Shown piece after piece: positions 13,586 to 24,599 of a stretch of DNA of 64,000 nucleotides. Numbering within the stretch: position 1 is the stretch's first letter; each line of letters begins with the position of its first letter. Both the position numbers and the translations under genes were made by a program. Under the pieces are notes generated by a model. The model made no database searches. It was not told where the DNA came from and saw only the letters and a program-made list of their open reading frames with translations. This DNA comes from Oculina patagonica. Its lineage: Eukaryota. The stretch is taken from assembly GCF_052425735.1 (NCBI RefSeq), contig NC_135758.1:13268001-13332000 (forward strand). Reading direction: 5' to 3'.

Positions 13586-13915
13586 CCGTAAAATTCCGGT
13601 TATAAGCCCCCCCGCTTATAAGCCCCCCCGGTTATAGGCCCATCAACCTGGAAACAAAAAATACATCCGGTTATAAGCCCCCCGGATATAAGCCCCCCTC
13701 TACCGGATGACAGTACTGAACAGGGCTAAATGATGCTTTTTTGTGCGTTTTTAACTTAAAAACGTATTTCGATCAACACTCCCGAGGCTCGTTTCGAAAC
13801 GTTTTTCTCCTTCCGCTTTTAAGCCCTCCCGAATATAAGCTCCTCCGCTTATAAGCCCACCCAAAAACCCTTACGAAGTTGTATAAGCCCAGGGCTTATA
13901 ACCGGAATTCTACGG
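13586..13915. mobile_element. 330-bp MITE, Tc1/mariner-pogo type
   Basis: TIR CCGTAAAATTCCGGTTATAAGCCC / GGGCTTATAACCGGAATTCTACGG, TA on both sides (13584-85, 13916-17), internal tataagccc repeats. Absent at the homologous site of the right arm (~39605-39625). Confidence 0.9.
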
Positions 13916-14469
13916 TATGTCCTCACGTGTTAGCGTTTGTGCACGCTTTCTTCCCGCATCACCAACAACTCTCATTTTGATTGAGCCACGTGAATGGCCA
14001 CGTCATTTTCTCTTTTCCTTTGTGTTACAATCTCATTTCATGTTTTTTCGTGACTGTATTTGTTGAGGCTCATATTCCGCCTATTTATACTCGTGCAAGG
14101 TCAAACAACACACTCATTGAATCTTTCGCAGGCCAGCTAGCCGATCTGGCTGGCGGTTACTAGCTTGCCTCTTGAACGATGAACCAACCATCTTTTGATG
14201 GTACAACCAGCAACTGAACGAGCCAATTTCAACCAATAATTTATGGCTGCCAGACTAGGCCATCCAAAACCAGCTTCCACCGAATGGCCGAAGATGGTTC
14301 AACGTACGGTTTTTTGAAAAAACAGCATCAAAGGAAGAGACTAGCACCTACAGCGTATTTTTTATTTTAAATTAGAACACTGTCTACCGCTTTGTAATAT
14401 TATTATTTTTCTTCGTGCTAGTATTTTAATATTTTTTAAATGATTTCTTCATTTTTTTTTTTGAATATG

Positions 14470-17300
14470 TAACCCGCAAGATTTTTAGTTGAAGAAAATT
14501 TCTGACAGGGGTAGAAGAAAACACTGCCACTGGACAAACGAAGTATCGAAAATTTGTAAATAATAACTCCCACTAACCAACTAAGGAAATACACGCATGC
14601 ACCAGAGTAACTTTCTGAAAGCGGAACCAATAGAAAAGAATTACGGCACGTATTTTTTTGATGCAAGTAGCCCGGAACAGTTAAAATAAAATGGAACACT
14701 ACCTAACGAAATGGACAATCTAAGTAGGACTACCTCGGCAAGACCCGGAATTTGTCCTTCGTTTACTCAATGGACGATGAAATGAAGGAAACAAGGAAGT
14801 CGGAGCGAGTTAATACACCAGGAGCGATGGCAAAGATATAGGAGTCAAAAAAAGAGGAAAAATTGAAACTGGACCAAGGTGAAAATGGAAAAAGATTTAA
14901 TAGACGCTTGGCAAGCTGAGATAGAACGCAGATATTATGGACAGGTTCGACTGTACAAAAACACAGAAACACCTGCGACGCTTGGACACTGCCCACCGAC
15001 AAATAAAATGGAACAGAAGACAACTTAAATTTGTGCAACTCATACTAATCATTATTATTTCTTGGCTGATATCAGGCAGGAACATAAATTTTTTTGGCTT
15101 TCTTTTGTGGCCAACTTAGTGGTGTTTAAAATGGAAATAATCTTGGAAGGACGTTAAAAGTTTTTGTGGTTATTGAGATTGTCAGTGATCGGAAGTGTTA
15201 AGATCGGTTTTTCGCATCAATTATGCTGAAAATTAAACGATTGGCGTCGGCTTTCATAGATTAACGAAGGACATTTTGCACATTTTATTCTAGTGCTTAG
15301 AAGCTTGTGCTGGGCCCATGTATTCTTGATAGTCTTTTTTACAGTGCCCCGACAATTTGCGCTAGCGCTCCGCGGAACAAACAAAATAGTTTCGCAACGT
15401 AACATTCATGCGCTATGATCGCAAAATTCGGCTAAAATATTTTCGATATGAATCTGTAGCTCCATAAAGCCCAAGTCAGTCAAATAAAGCAATTCTTCAT
15501 TTTACAAAGGGAACTTTTAAATTACTCTGTGTGTATTCAGTAAAGGGAGAAAAGCCAGAACGGCTACAACGGCCTGATGGAATAATAGAGCAATTCTATC
15601 ATCTTCAAAGGGAACGAACGAACGAAGAGAGAGAAGGTGAAGGCTACTATAGTTTACGTTTTTAGCAGGAAAGACTGAAAATAGATGGCCGCCAAGATGA
15701 GCAAAAGATCAAGAGGCCATAACCTTCGAATTTATTAGTTCGGTTCTTCATGTTCGGAGCGGGTTTGCTGGAAATTTTTACACGGTAAGGTTTCAATAAA
15801 CTGCAGTTAAATCAGCAATACAGGAGAAATATTTACAGGAAAATGGATGTAACGGACAATCAACAACTAATGACAAATTTGCTTATGATGAAAATAATAC
15901 CCTAGATACTAAATCTAGTAATCAGAATGAAACGACTTGATATTTACAGCAAACACGTTTGTTGTCGTTTCAAATTATTTTTAAGATGCGAATTGATTCT
16001 CGAACCGATGTTTTCCTGAAATAACCTTTGCTATGGACGATGAGACGTGAGATTTCCCGAAGTACGCTCCGCCAAGCGATGGTGATATTAGTTCTGCGTG
16101 TAAAAATGGCGGCTCGTTACAAGGAACACAGTCGCAGCAAATAATTCATAAAAATAAATCACGACAGAGGAACTTCAAAAAAGTTCGTAAACGAAAAAAA
16201 ATCCCGAGTAGTGAGTGGATTATAAAGATGTTAAGATGACATTAAGGAATCAATTGTCATCTCAGTTCAAAGAGCTAAGCGTGAACGGAGGTAAACTTTT
16301 TACCGTTCCGTTATGAAGTAGAGTAGTTTAGGGGCAATAACTGAAAAAATTTAAAAGATAAATAAAGAGCTGCACGTCCACCCTTGTCAGTAAATACCAC
16401 GAATTTTGTCGTGTATTTCAAGCATTTTTGTTGACAAATGGGATGAATTTTAAAATTGAAATTTGAAAGCGTACAACTGAGGCGTTGTGGTTCGCTTATT
16501 TTTGCTTTTCGAAGATGTTAATATGGAATAAAAGGATCACGTTTAGCTAACTTGAATACGTAAGAGAACTCTAAAATTTGCTTTCACATGTGAAGAGGAA
16601 TTATCGACTCAGTAGAGATAGTGATAGTTTCAAGCGAGTAAGAGTACGTAATTTAATCAATTTTAAAACAGATTTGTTAGGATTTATTATTTAACACAAA
16701 ATCAAGTGAAATCAGCCTGCATCATATTATACTCTCTTTCTAGGCAACTTTATAAATGTTTTTACACGAGGTCAACTGTGGGTCAGAAAAACAACAGTTA
16801 TTCACCGTGATATTTTATTGCAACAGCTACAGAATCAAGAAGACTTTGGAATAACATAGCTAACGTGATATTGATAAGGTAAGCTTCAAGAGATAGGTCT
16901 GCAACTTGTTAAAGCTAAACAAATGGGGCCATTCTCACAGGCAGTGAGTAATGATCAAGTTAAGTTTGAGTGATTTTAAACACACTGTGCGTTTTAAAAG
17001 TTGTGTAATTGATAGTGTGTTGCAAAAGCTATCGAGCAATTTTTTGCTTTATGCGCTGAAACAAGATTTAATTTCACAATGACAGGTTTCTTTGAGGCTG
17101 AATCTGTTCATTGCGTCCTCCTTTGTTCAACGGAAATGAAACGATCGCAGGTTGAAGGAAAGTTCATTGTGTTTGGAAATTATACTGCAATCTTTTTTAA
17201 AACGACAACAAAGGAAACTTAATTTCAAAATGTCTAGCTAGATTTGTTACAAAATGGCTGATGCTCATTCTTTATTTACTTTCTTCTGAGTATTAAAGCA
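14470..17300 (+). pseudogene. Heavily decayed coding-like region, candidate NACHT/NLR remnant (left copy)
   Basis: Only frame-hopping motif traces: KPERLQRPDGI (~15550-15585, possible eroded Walker A), LFLLF / MLIWNK (~16490-16535, possible helical domain 1), F..GFFEAE (~17065-17105, possible winged-helix FxHxxxQEFFAA). No long ORF. Confidence 0.35.
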
Positions 17301-17399
17301 ATTGTTTCTTGCTTTTTAATATCTCGTGTCTACTATTTCACTTTTAACCAGTATAGCTTCCCTTTTGTTATCTTTGTTCAGTTCACCCTCTCGTCGCAG

Positions 17400-20300
17400 G
17401 CAGTCATGTAAATCTGGTGAAAAGAGACTGCATTATACTTTTGCTTTTGTCTTAGTTTTTGGACAAGAAACTTGCTATGGACCAGATGTTTTTATTACAA
17501 ACAATTTTGTTGTTAAAATTCATTGTGTACGTTTCCTTGATCAAAGAACTCGAAGGAAAGAAACGAAGTAAGGGCGAGGACGACTGATTTTCGAAGCCAT
17601 TTTGTACGTCGAACAAATTTGAATTTATCAACCCGTTTTTATAGAATGCCGGAACAATGTGTCATTTCTCCTTGTGTGGACATTGAAGAGTCAAGAATTT
17701 AGAAATTACACATGAAAGAAACGAGGTTAGAGCATTCGCGAAATTACAGAACACATATTGAAGTGCGAGGAGTGACTCGAGCGGATGCTGTACGTTGCAG
17801 GCGCGAAACCTTTCGTTATCTGTTTCAAGCTAAGGAAATTACAAATTTTGTGATATTGTCAGAATTCTTTTTTTCAAAATTCTATCCCACCTGCTTTATT
17901 ACTCTCACTCCAGATTTCTTTTTTTTTATTTATTTTGGAAGTCGCTAACCAGTCTTACATTCATTCATCGCAGAAATAACTTTGCCTCTTGTTATGACAA
18001 TTGAACGGCAGTCCTGTGGGTCTAGTGAGGCTTGCAACTTTCGTTTAGTTCTTGCTGTTAAGTACTTTTGCTAGAGAGGATGATTGTTACTAATTAACGT
18101 AAAAGGGCACTTTCAAATTCCGATTTGCTGACGGATGTAGCTGCACGAGGAAGATTTTTAGGTCAGTTTCATTGTTTTGCACGACTCGGAGTTATGATTT
18201 ACAATTGCAAATGCGTCGTATATGATGCATTTTTATGGTTTCAAATTTGATGGAATTGCAGACATCTTTCCACAAACGAGTCAAATAACCAGCGAAATTC
18301 TACCTTGGTCTTTGCTTATAATCTTTACAAGGAAAGTAGCAGTAACTGAAATTTGAGCGATTATCACCGTATATCTGCAAATTGACGCCATATTGTAGAA
18401 ATGTGGATATTTTACTCCATCTTCTCGTGTGAATCAAAAATTACAAATAAAACATTTTCTTTTCCATGCGTTTCAACGAAACGAAAAGAAAGTTAAAAAT
18501 TGTCCATGGAAATGCATGGTTTAAGATGAACGGTATTGTGGGTGTAAAGCTCAACTTGACTCTGGTTTAATGACTGGAGGAGTTCTGTTAGTTCTTTCAG
18601 CGAATGAATCTCTTGAAAGAAAACAAGTTCTGTTGTGCAAGGATTCCCTATAGTATTTACTGACAACTAAATGTGAATTACAGACGACGAAATGGTGAAT
18701 TGTTTTTATTCTCTAAAAGCGAGCTCCATGTTTGTAGATTTGACTCCGTTATGAGCCTTTTGCCTTATTATTTGGAACAAAACTTCCTTTGGCCAAGATT
18801 TTTAGTTACAAACGGTTTTCTTGTTAACAATTCACTTCTTAAATGTATTTTGGTCAAAGATCTCGAAGGAGAGAACCGAAGTAAGGGCGAAGAAGAGATT
18901 TTCAAGCCGTTTACGCCGAACGAATTTGAGTTTATCAACACGTTCTTATAGCACGAGCAATGGGTTATTTTTTTGTCTGGACACAGAAGAGTCAAGAAAT
19001 TCGAAAAACATGAAAGAAACCAATTTGGAGCTCTCGCAAGACCCTAGAGCACAATGTAGTAAGCTTTACGTCGCTCATGGCGCAACACAATTCGTTTCAC
19101 TCTATCTTCAAGGAAATTACAATTTTTGATTTACGATTTTCTTTCCGACTTCTCTCTCAGTTCCTTACTACTCTCACTTGGATTCCTTTTTTGCTTCTTT
19201 TGAAATTCTTATCAGTGTTAAAGTCTCATCCCGGAGATGACATCGCCCTCTCTTTTTCGTGCAGATAATTTAGCATCAGTCTGTCGATTAGTGAGGATAT
19301 ACGTTTTGCAATAAAACATTTATTTCGCTAGAGAGAGAGCCTGTAACGCAAATGGACACCTGATTGATTTCTGGTGGATTTTTGTACGGGGAGGACTTTT
19401 AGGTCAGTTTTATTGGTTTCCGCAACTCGAAGTATATGTTTTATGTTGTAAGCGTCTTATTTTTGTAAGGTGTTAATTAAATGGAATTGCAGTATTTTTC
19501 ACAAAAGAGTCATATAGCGATGTGCTACCTTAGTCTTTCGCTAAAATTCGGTGAACGCGGATAACTGAAATCAAAGCGATGGCCGATAGCTCAGCATGGC
19601 GCCATACTGTAGGTATGTGGCTATTTCACCTTGTTCGTGTAAACAAAATAAATAAAACATTTTCTTTTCATCATTTTACTGAAGAGAAAATAAAGCTAAA
19701 AACTTGTACAAGAAAATGTTTAAATGAACAATTTTGTAGGTTTGAAGCTCGACTCGGTTTACTGACACGAGGAGTTAGGTTACACACCATAATAAAGCAC
19801 AAATTCCATACACCACAAGAGTAGAGAAAGTGACGGAAGCCATAGTTCCCTCGGTTGTCATATTTTTTCTACAAAGATGCGGGTCTTTCGCATGGCCACG
19901 GAATTAATTACTATATTCTCGTGACCAAATATCTGAATTTGACTTCAAAACAATCAATGACCGAAAAAACTTTCCCTGCGAAAAAGCTTGTCACGAATAG
20001 CTATTATGAATGGCTGTTGTTTACTGTTAGTTCACTCGGCGAAAGAGTCTCTTGAAAGAAAATTATTTTTTTTTAAGGATTCCCTTATAGTATTTACTGA
20101 CAACTAACAGACGACGAATGGTGCATTTTTTTATTCTCTTAACGCGAGCTCCATCTTAGTGGATTTGACTCCGTTATGAACCTTTTGTCTTATTATTTAG
20201 AAAAAACTTCATTTGGCCAAGATTTTATTTACAAACTTTTCTTGTTAACAATTAAGTTTTTAAATTTTCCATGGTCAACGAACTCGAAGGAGAGAACCAA

Positions 20301-23300
20301 AGTAAGAGTGAAGAAGAGATTCTTCAAGCCGTTTACGCCGAACATTTTCAACACTTCTTAAGCACAACAAAGGGTTTTTTGTTTGTCTGGGCACAGAAGA
20401 GTCAAGAATTCAAATAAACATGAAAGAAACCAATTTGGAGCTCTCGCGAGACCCTAGAGCACATCGTTCTAGTACGCTTTACGTCGCTCATGGCGCAACA
20501 CAATGCGTTATCAACTCTTATAATTTCAAGGAAACTACAATGTCTTGGTGATATTTTAAGAATTTTCCTTTCCGAAACTTCTCTCTCAGTTCCTTACTTC
20601 TCTCACTCGGATTTCGTTTTTGCTTCTTTTGAAAATTGCTTATCAGTGTTACACTCAGTCATCCCGGAGATGACATCGCCCTCTCTTACTTCGAGCAGAT
20701 AATTGAGCATCAGTTCCTGTCGGTTAGTGAGGCATTAAACTATCCTTCCTGTAGTAAAACACTTTAACTTTCGCTAGAGGAATGATTTGCACTGGATAAC
20801 GCAAATGGACACCTGAAAATTTCGATTTCTGGTGGATTTTTGTACGGGGAAGACCTTTTAGGTCAGTCTTCATTGTTTTCCACAACCGGGAGTCATGATG
20901 TTATATGTTGTAAATCGTGTATGTATTTGAAAAGTGTTAAATTTAATGGACGTGCAGATATTTTTCCACAAACGGGTCAAATAACAGAGATTTTACCTTA
21001 GTATTTCGCTTACAATCTGTTCGGTGAACGCTGAATAACTAATATCAGAGCGATTGTGGCCGATTATGCCCATTATGGCGCCATACTGTAGGTATGTTGA
21101 TATTTTACCCTTTGTGCTCGTGTAAACAAAATTGCAAAAAAAAAAACATTTTCTTGTTCATGCAATTTACTGAAGAGAAAAGGAAGCTAAAAACTTTTAC
21201 AAGAAAATGGTTTAACATGAACAATTTTGTAGGTGTGAAGCTCGACTTGATTCTGGTTTACTGACACGAGGAGTTTGGTTACACACCATAATAAAGCACA
21301 AATTCCATACGCGACAACAGTAGAGAAATGTGAAGCCATAGTTCCCTCGGTTGTAATGCCTTTTCTACAAAGATGCGGGCCTTTCGCATCGCTACTGAAT
21401 TTATATACTATCATTGCTCGCGACCAAAGATTTGAATTTCTTGACTTCAAAGAAATTGAAACAACTAAAATAACTATCCCTGCGAAAAAGCTAGTCATGA
21501 ATAGCTATAATTAATGGCCGTTAGTTACTGTTAGTTCACTCGGCGAATGAATCTCTTGAAAGAAAATAAGTTCTGTTGTGTAAGGATTCCCTATAGTATT
21601 TACTGACAACTAAATGTGAATTACAGACGACGAAATGGTGAATTGTTTTTATTCTCTAAAAGCGAGCTCCATGTTTGTAGATTTGACTCCGTTATGAGCC
21701 TTTTGCCTTATTATTTGGAACAAAACTTCCTTTGGCCAAGATGTTTTAGTTACAAACGGTTTTCGTGTTAACAATTCACTTCTTAAATGTTTTCTTGGTC
21801 AAAGATCTCGAAGGAGAGAACCGAAGTAAGGGCGAAGAAGAGATTCTTCAAGCCGTTTACGCCGAACGAATTTGAGTTTATCATCCCGTGATTTCTGTTT
21901 GTCTGGGCACAGAAGAGTAAAGAAATTTAGAAGTTGAACACGAAAGAAACGAGTTTAGAGCTCTCGCGAGTTCCTAGAGCACAACATTGAAGAGTGAGGA
22001 GTCGGTCGGACTGGACCGTCCGCTTTACGTCGCTCATAGCGCGAAACAGTTCGTTATCAACTCTCACAATTTTAAGAAAATTACAAGGTCTTGGTGATAT
22101 TTTAATTAAGAACTTTTCCTTTCTAAAATTTCCCTTTTAGTTTCTTAACTAATCTTTCTTTGGAATTGTTTTGTTTCTTTTGGAAATTGCTTATCAGTGT
22201 TACATTTAGTAATCGCGGAGATGCCATCGCCCTCTCTACTTCGTGCAGATAATTGAGCATCAGTCCTGTAGGTCTAGTGAGGCATTTAACTATCGTTCTT
22301 GCAGTGAAACACTTTTAACTTTCGCTAGAAAGCATGATTTGTACTGAATAACGCAAATGGACACCTGAAAATTCCGATTTGCTGGCGGGGGTTGTTGCAC
22401 GGGGAAGACCTTTTAGGTCAGTCTTTATTGTTTTCCACAACTCGGAGTCATGATGTAGTAAGTGTTATTGCGTCGTATATTTTGTGAGGTGTTAAATTTA
22501 AAAGAATTGCAGATATTTTTCAACAAAAGAGTCAAATAACTAGCGATGTGCTACCTTAGTCTTTCGCTAACAATCTGTACGGTGAACGCGGAATAACTGA
22601 AATCAGAGCGATTATGGCCGATTATGCCCAAATTGACACCATGTTGAAGGAATGTGGATGCTTTAGTATTTCTAATTGCAAAAAAAACGTTTTCTTGTCC
22701 ATGCATTTTACTGAACAGAAGAGTAAGCTAAAAATTGTCCATGAAAATGGATTAAGATGAACGGTATTGTATGTGTGAAGCTTGATTCGAATCACTTTTT
22801 TACGGCAGACGAAAAGTTCGGTTACATACGATAACATGGCACAATTTCCATACGCGACAACAGTGCAGAAATGTGAAGCCATAGTTCCTTCGGTTGTTAT
22901 ACCTTTTCTTCAAAGTGCGGGTCTTTCGCACAGCCACTGAATTAATATACTATCATTGCTCGTGACCAAACATTTGAATTTCTTGACTTCAAAGAAATTG
23001 AAACGACTGAAATAATTATTCCTGCGCGAACAAGCTAGTAATAAAAGGCTGTTATGAATGGCCGGGATTCACTGGTAGTTCACTCGGCGAATAAATGTCT
23101 GGGAGAAAAAAATCCGTTGTGTAAGGATTCCCTGAAGTATTTACTGACAAGGAAATGAGGATTATAGACGACGAAATGGTGAATTGTTGCAATTTTGTAA
23201 ACGCGAGCTCATCTCGGAGCTCATGAAGTGCGGGATGAATTGACTGCATTATGAAGCTTTCGCTTTCTGTCCTCATTTTTGTACAAGAAACTTACTATGT

Positions 23301-23830
23301 CCAAGATGGTTTTATAACAAGCAGTTTCATGTTAACAATTCACTTGGAAACGTTTCCTCGATCAAAGAACTCGAAGAAGAGAAACGAAGTTAGGGGGCGA
23401 GGACAAGGTCTTCCAAACTGTATGTTTATGGCGATCAAATTTGAGTTAATATTCATCCCATTTTATAGCATGAACGTTTCTTATTTCTCCGATTGTCGTG
23501 ACCCAAAAGAATCAAACAATTTAGAAATTACACATGAAAGAAGAGAGGTTGGAGCATTACGCCTTTTTTTATGAGGGATGTACTTGCACAAGAAAGACGT
23601 TTTAGGTCAGTCTTCACTGCTTTGCACAACTCGAAGTCAGTATGGTGTTATATGTTGGAAATGCGTCGTAGACAGTGTCTTTGTACAGTCAATGGGACTG
23701 CATTTTTTTTTTACCCGCAAACGATTCAAATAACCAGCGAAGCGCTATCTTGCCTCTTTCGCTAAAAATCTGTAAGGTGAACGAGGAATAGCTGAAATCA
23801 GAAAGATTATGGCCGATTATGCCGAAATTG
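17400..23830 (+). repeat. Tandem array of ~1.4-1.5 kb units (about 4 full plus a partial), left arm
   Basis: Marker cttgaaagaaaa..gttgtgtaaggattccct at ~18612, ~20051, ~21555 and ~23098. Units look like decayed coding sequence, e.g. ARNSSLSTLTI at ~22040. Confidence 0.92.
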
Positions 23831-23916
23831 ATTATTTACGGGAACAAGGTATTTAGTTGTACTCCGCAACAAATTCATTGGCATGAACTCTATTAAAAAA
23901 GATTAAATAATAAAAA

Positions 23917-24081
23917 AATAAGCTTTACCTGGTGCTAAAGAATGGTGAAAAACAACTCTGCCTTCTAGTGTACCACGGCGTTTATTGCGTAGCACGAATA
24001 AATAAGCTTTACCTGGTGCTAAAGAATGGTGAAAAACAACTCTGCCTTCTAGTGTACCACGGCGTTTATTGCGTAGCACGA
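23917..24081. repeat. 84-bp exact tandem duplication, left arm only
   Basis: aataagctttacctggtgctaaag...gcgtagcacga occurs at 23917 and 24001. The right arm has one diverged copy (~27580-27660). Confidence 0.9.
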
Positions 24082-24599
24082 AAACTCACGGCACTTGCTC
24101 AATCCTCACGCTTTACCAATTCTCGTGTTTGATTGGCTAGGGTTTAATTATGGTGTCGTGATAAGGTCCAATGGTGCACAGCTTTCTTCTAATGCCGTAG
24201 ATCAGCTCCACTAGCCCCACCCTCTCTAATTAGCTCCTTGTTCTTCGGTTAATTCATTTTTTTTAAAAAATTTTATATACCCTCTACTGTTTTAAGCCAC
24301 ACCTTTCCCTTTTACAGATTATAAATTTATATGAACAAGGAAACAAGGCATCTATGCCCCCTTTATAGGTATTTATCCACCGAAGTTACTTATTATTGTT
24401 GCTATTTTGTGAAAACGTGTTACAAAAAAGTAATAAAAAAGCCATCTACTTTTAAATTAGCTATCTTTGATAATATTTTAAACCGGTAACCTTAAACCAA
24501 CTCTTGAAGAGCATTTTTATGATACGAGGCAACGTTAGAAATGGCTTTTTACCGTCGTGTTACTAAAAGATTATGGGATGTGATCGTGAGTAGTTAGTG

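Larger units (their letters stand above)
12265..24430 (+). repeat. Left arm of large diverged inverted duplication
   Basis: Colinear reverse-complement matches: 12265-12450 vs 40790-41015, 13025-13270 vs 39775-40025, 14060-14135 vs 39372-39450, 15740-16060 vs 37355-37695, 17180-17300 vs 35565-35690, 24090-24180 vs 27478-27575, 24390-24425 vs 27260-27295. Confidence 0.92.

Noticed and set aside
23932-24132. 28-aa repeat ORF resembling LRR periodicity
   Set aside because: Produced by one exact 84-bp DNA duplication, has no LRR consensus, and is single-copy in the other arm.
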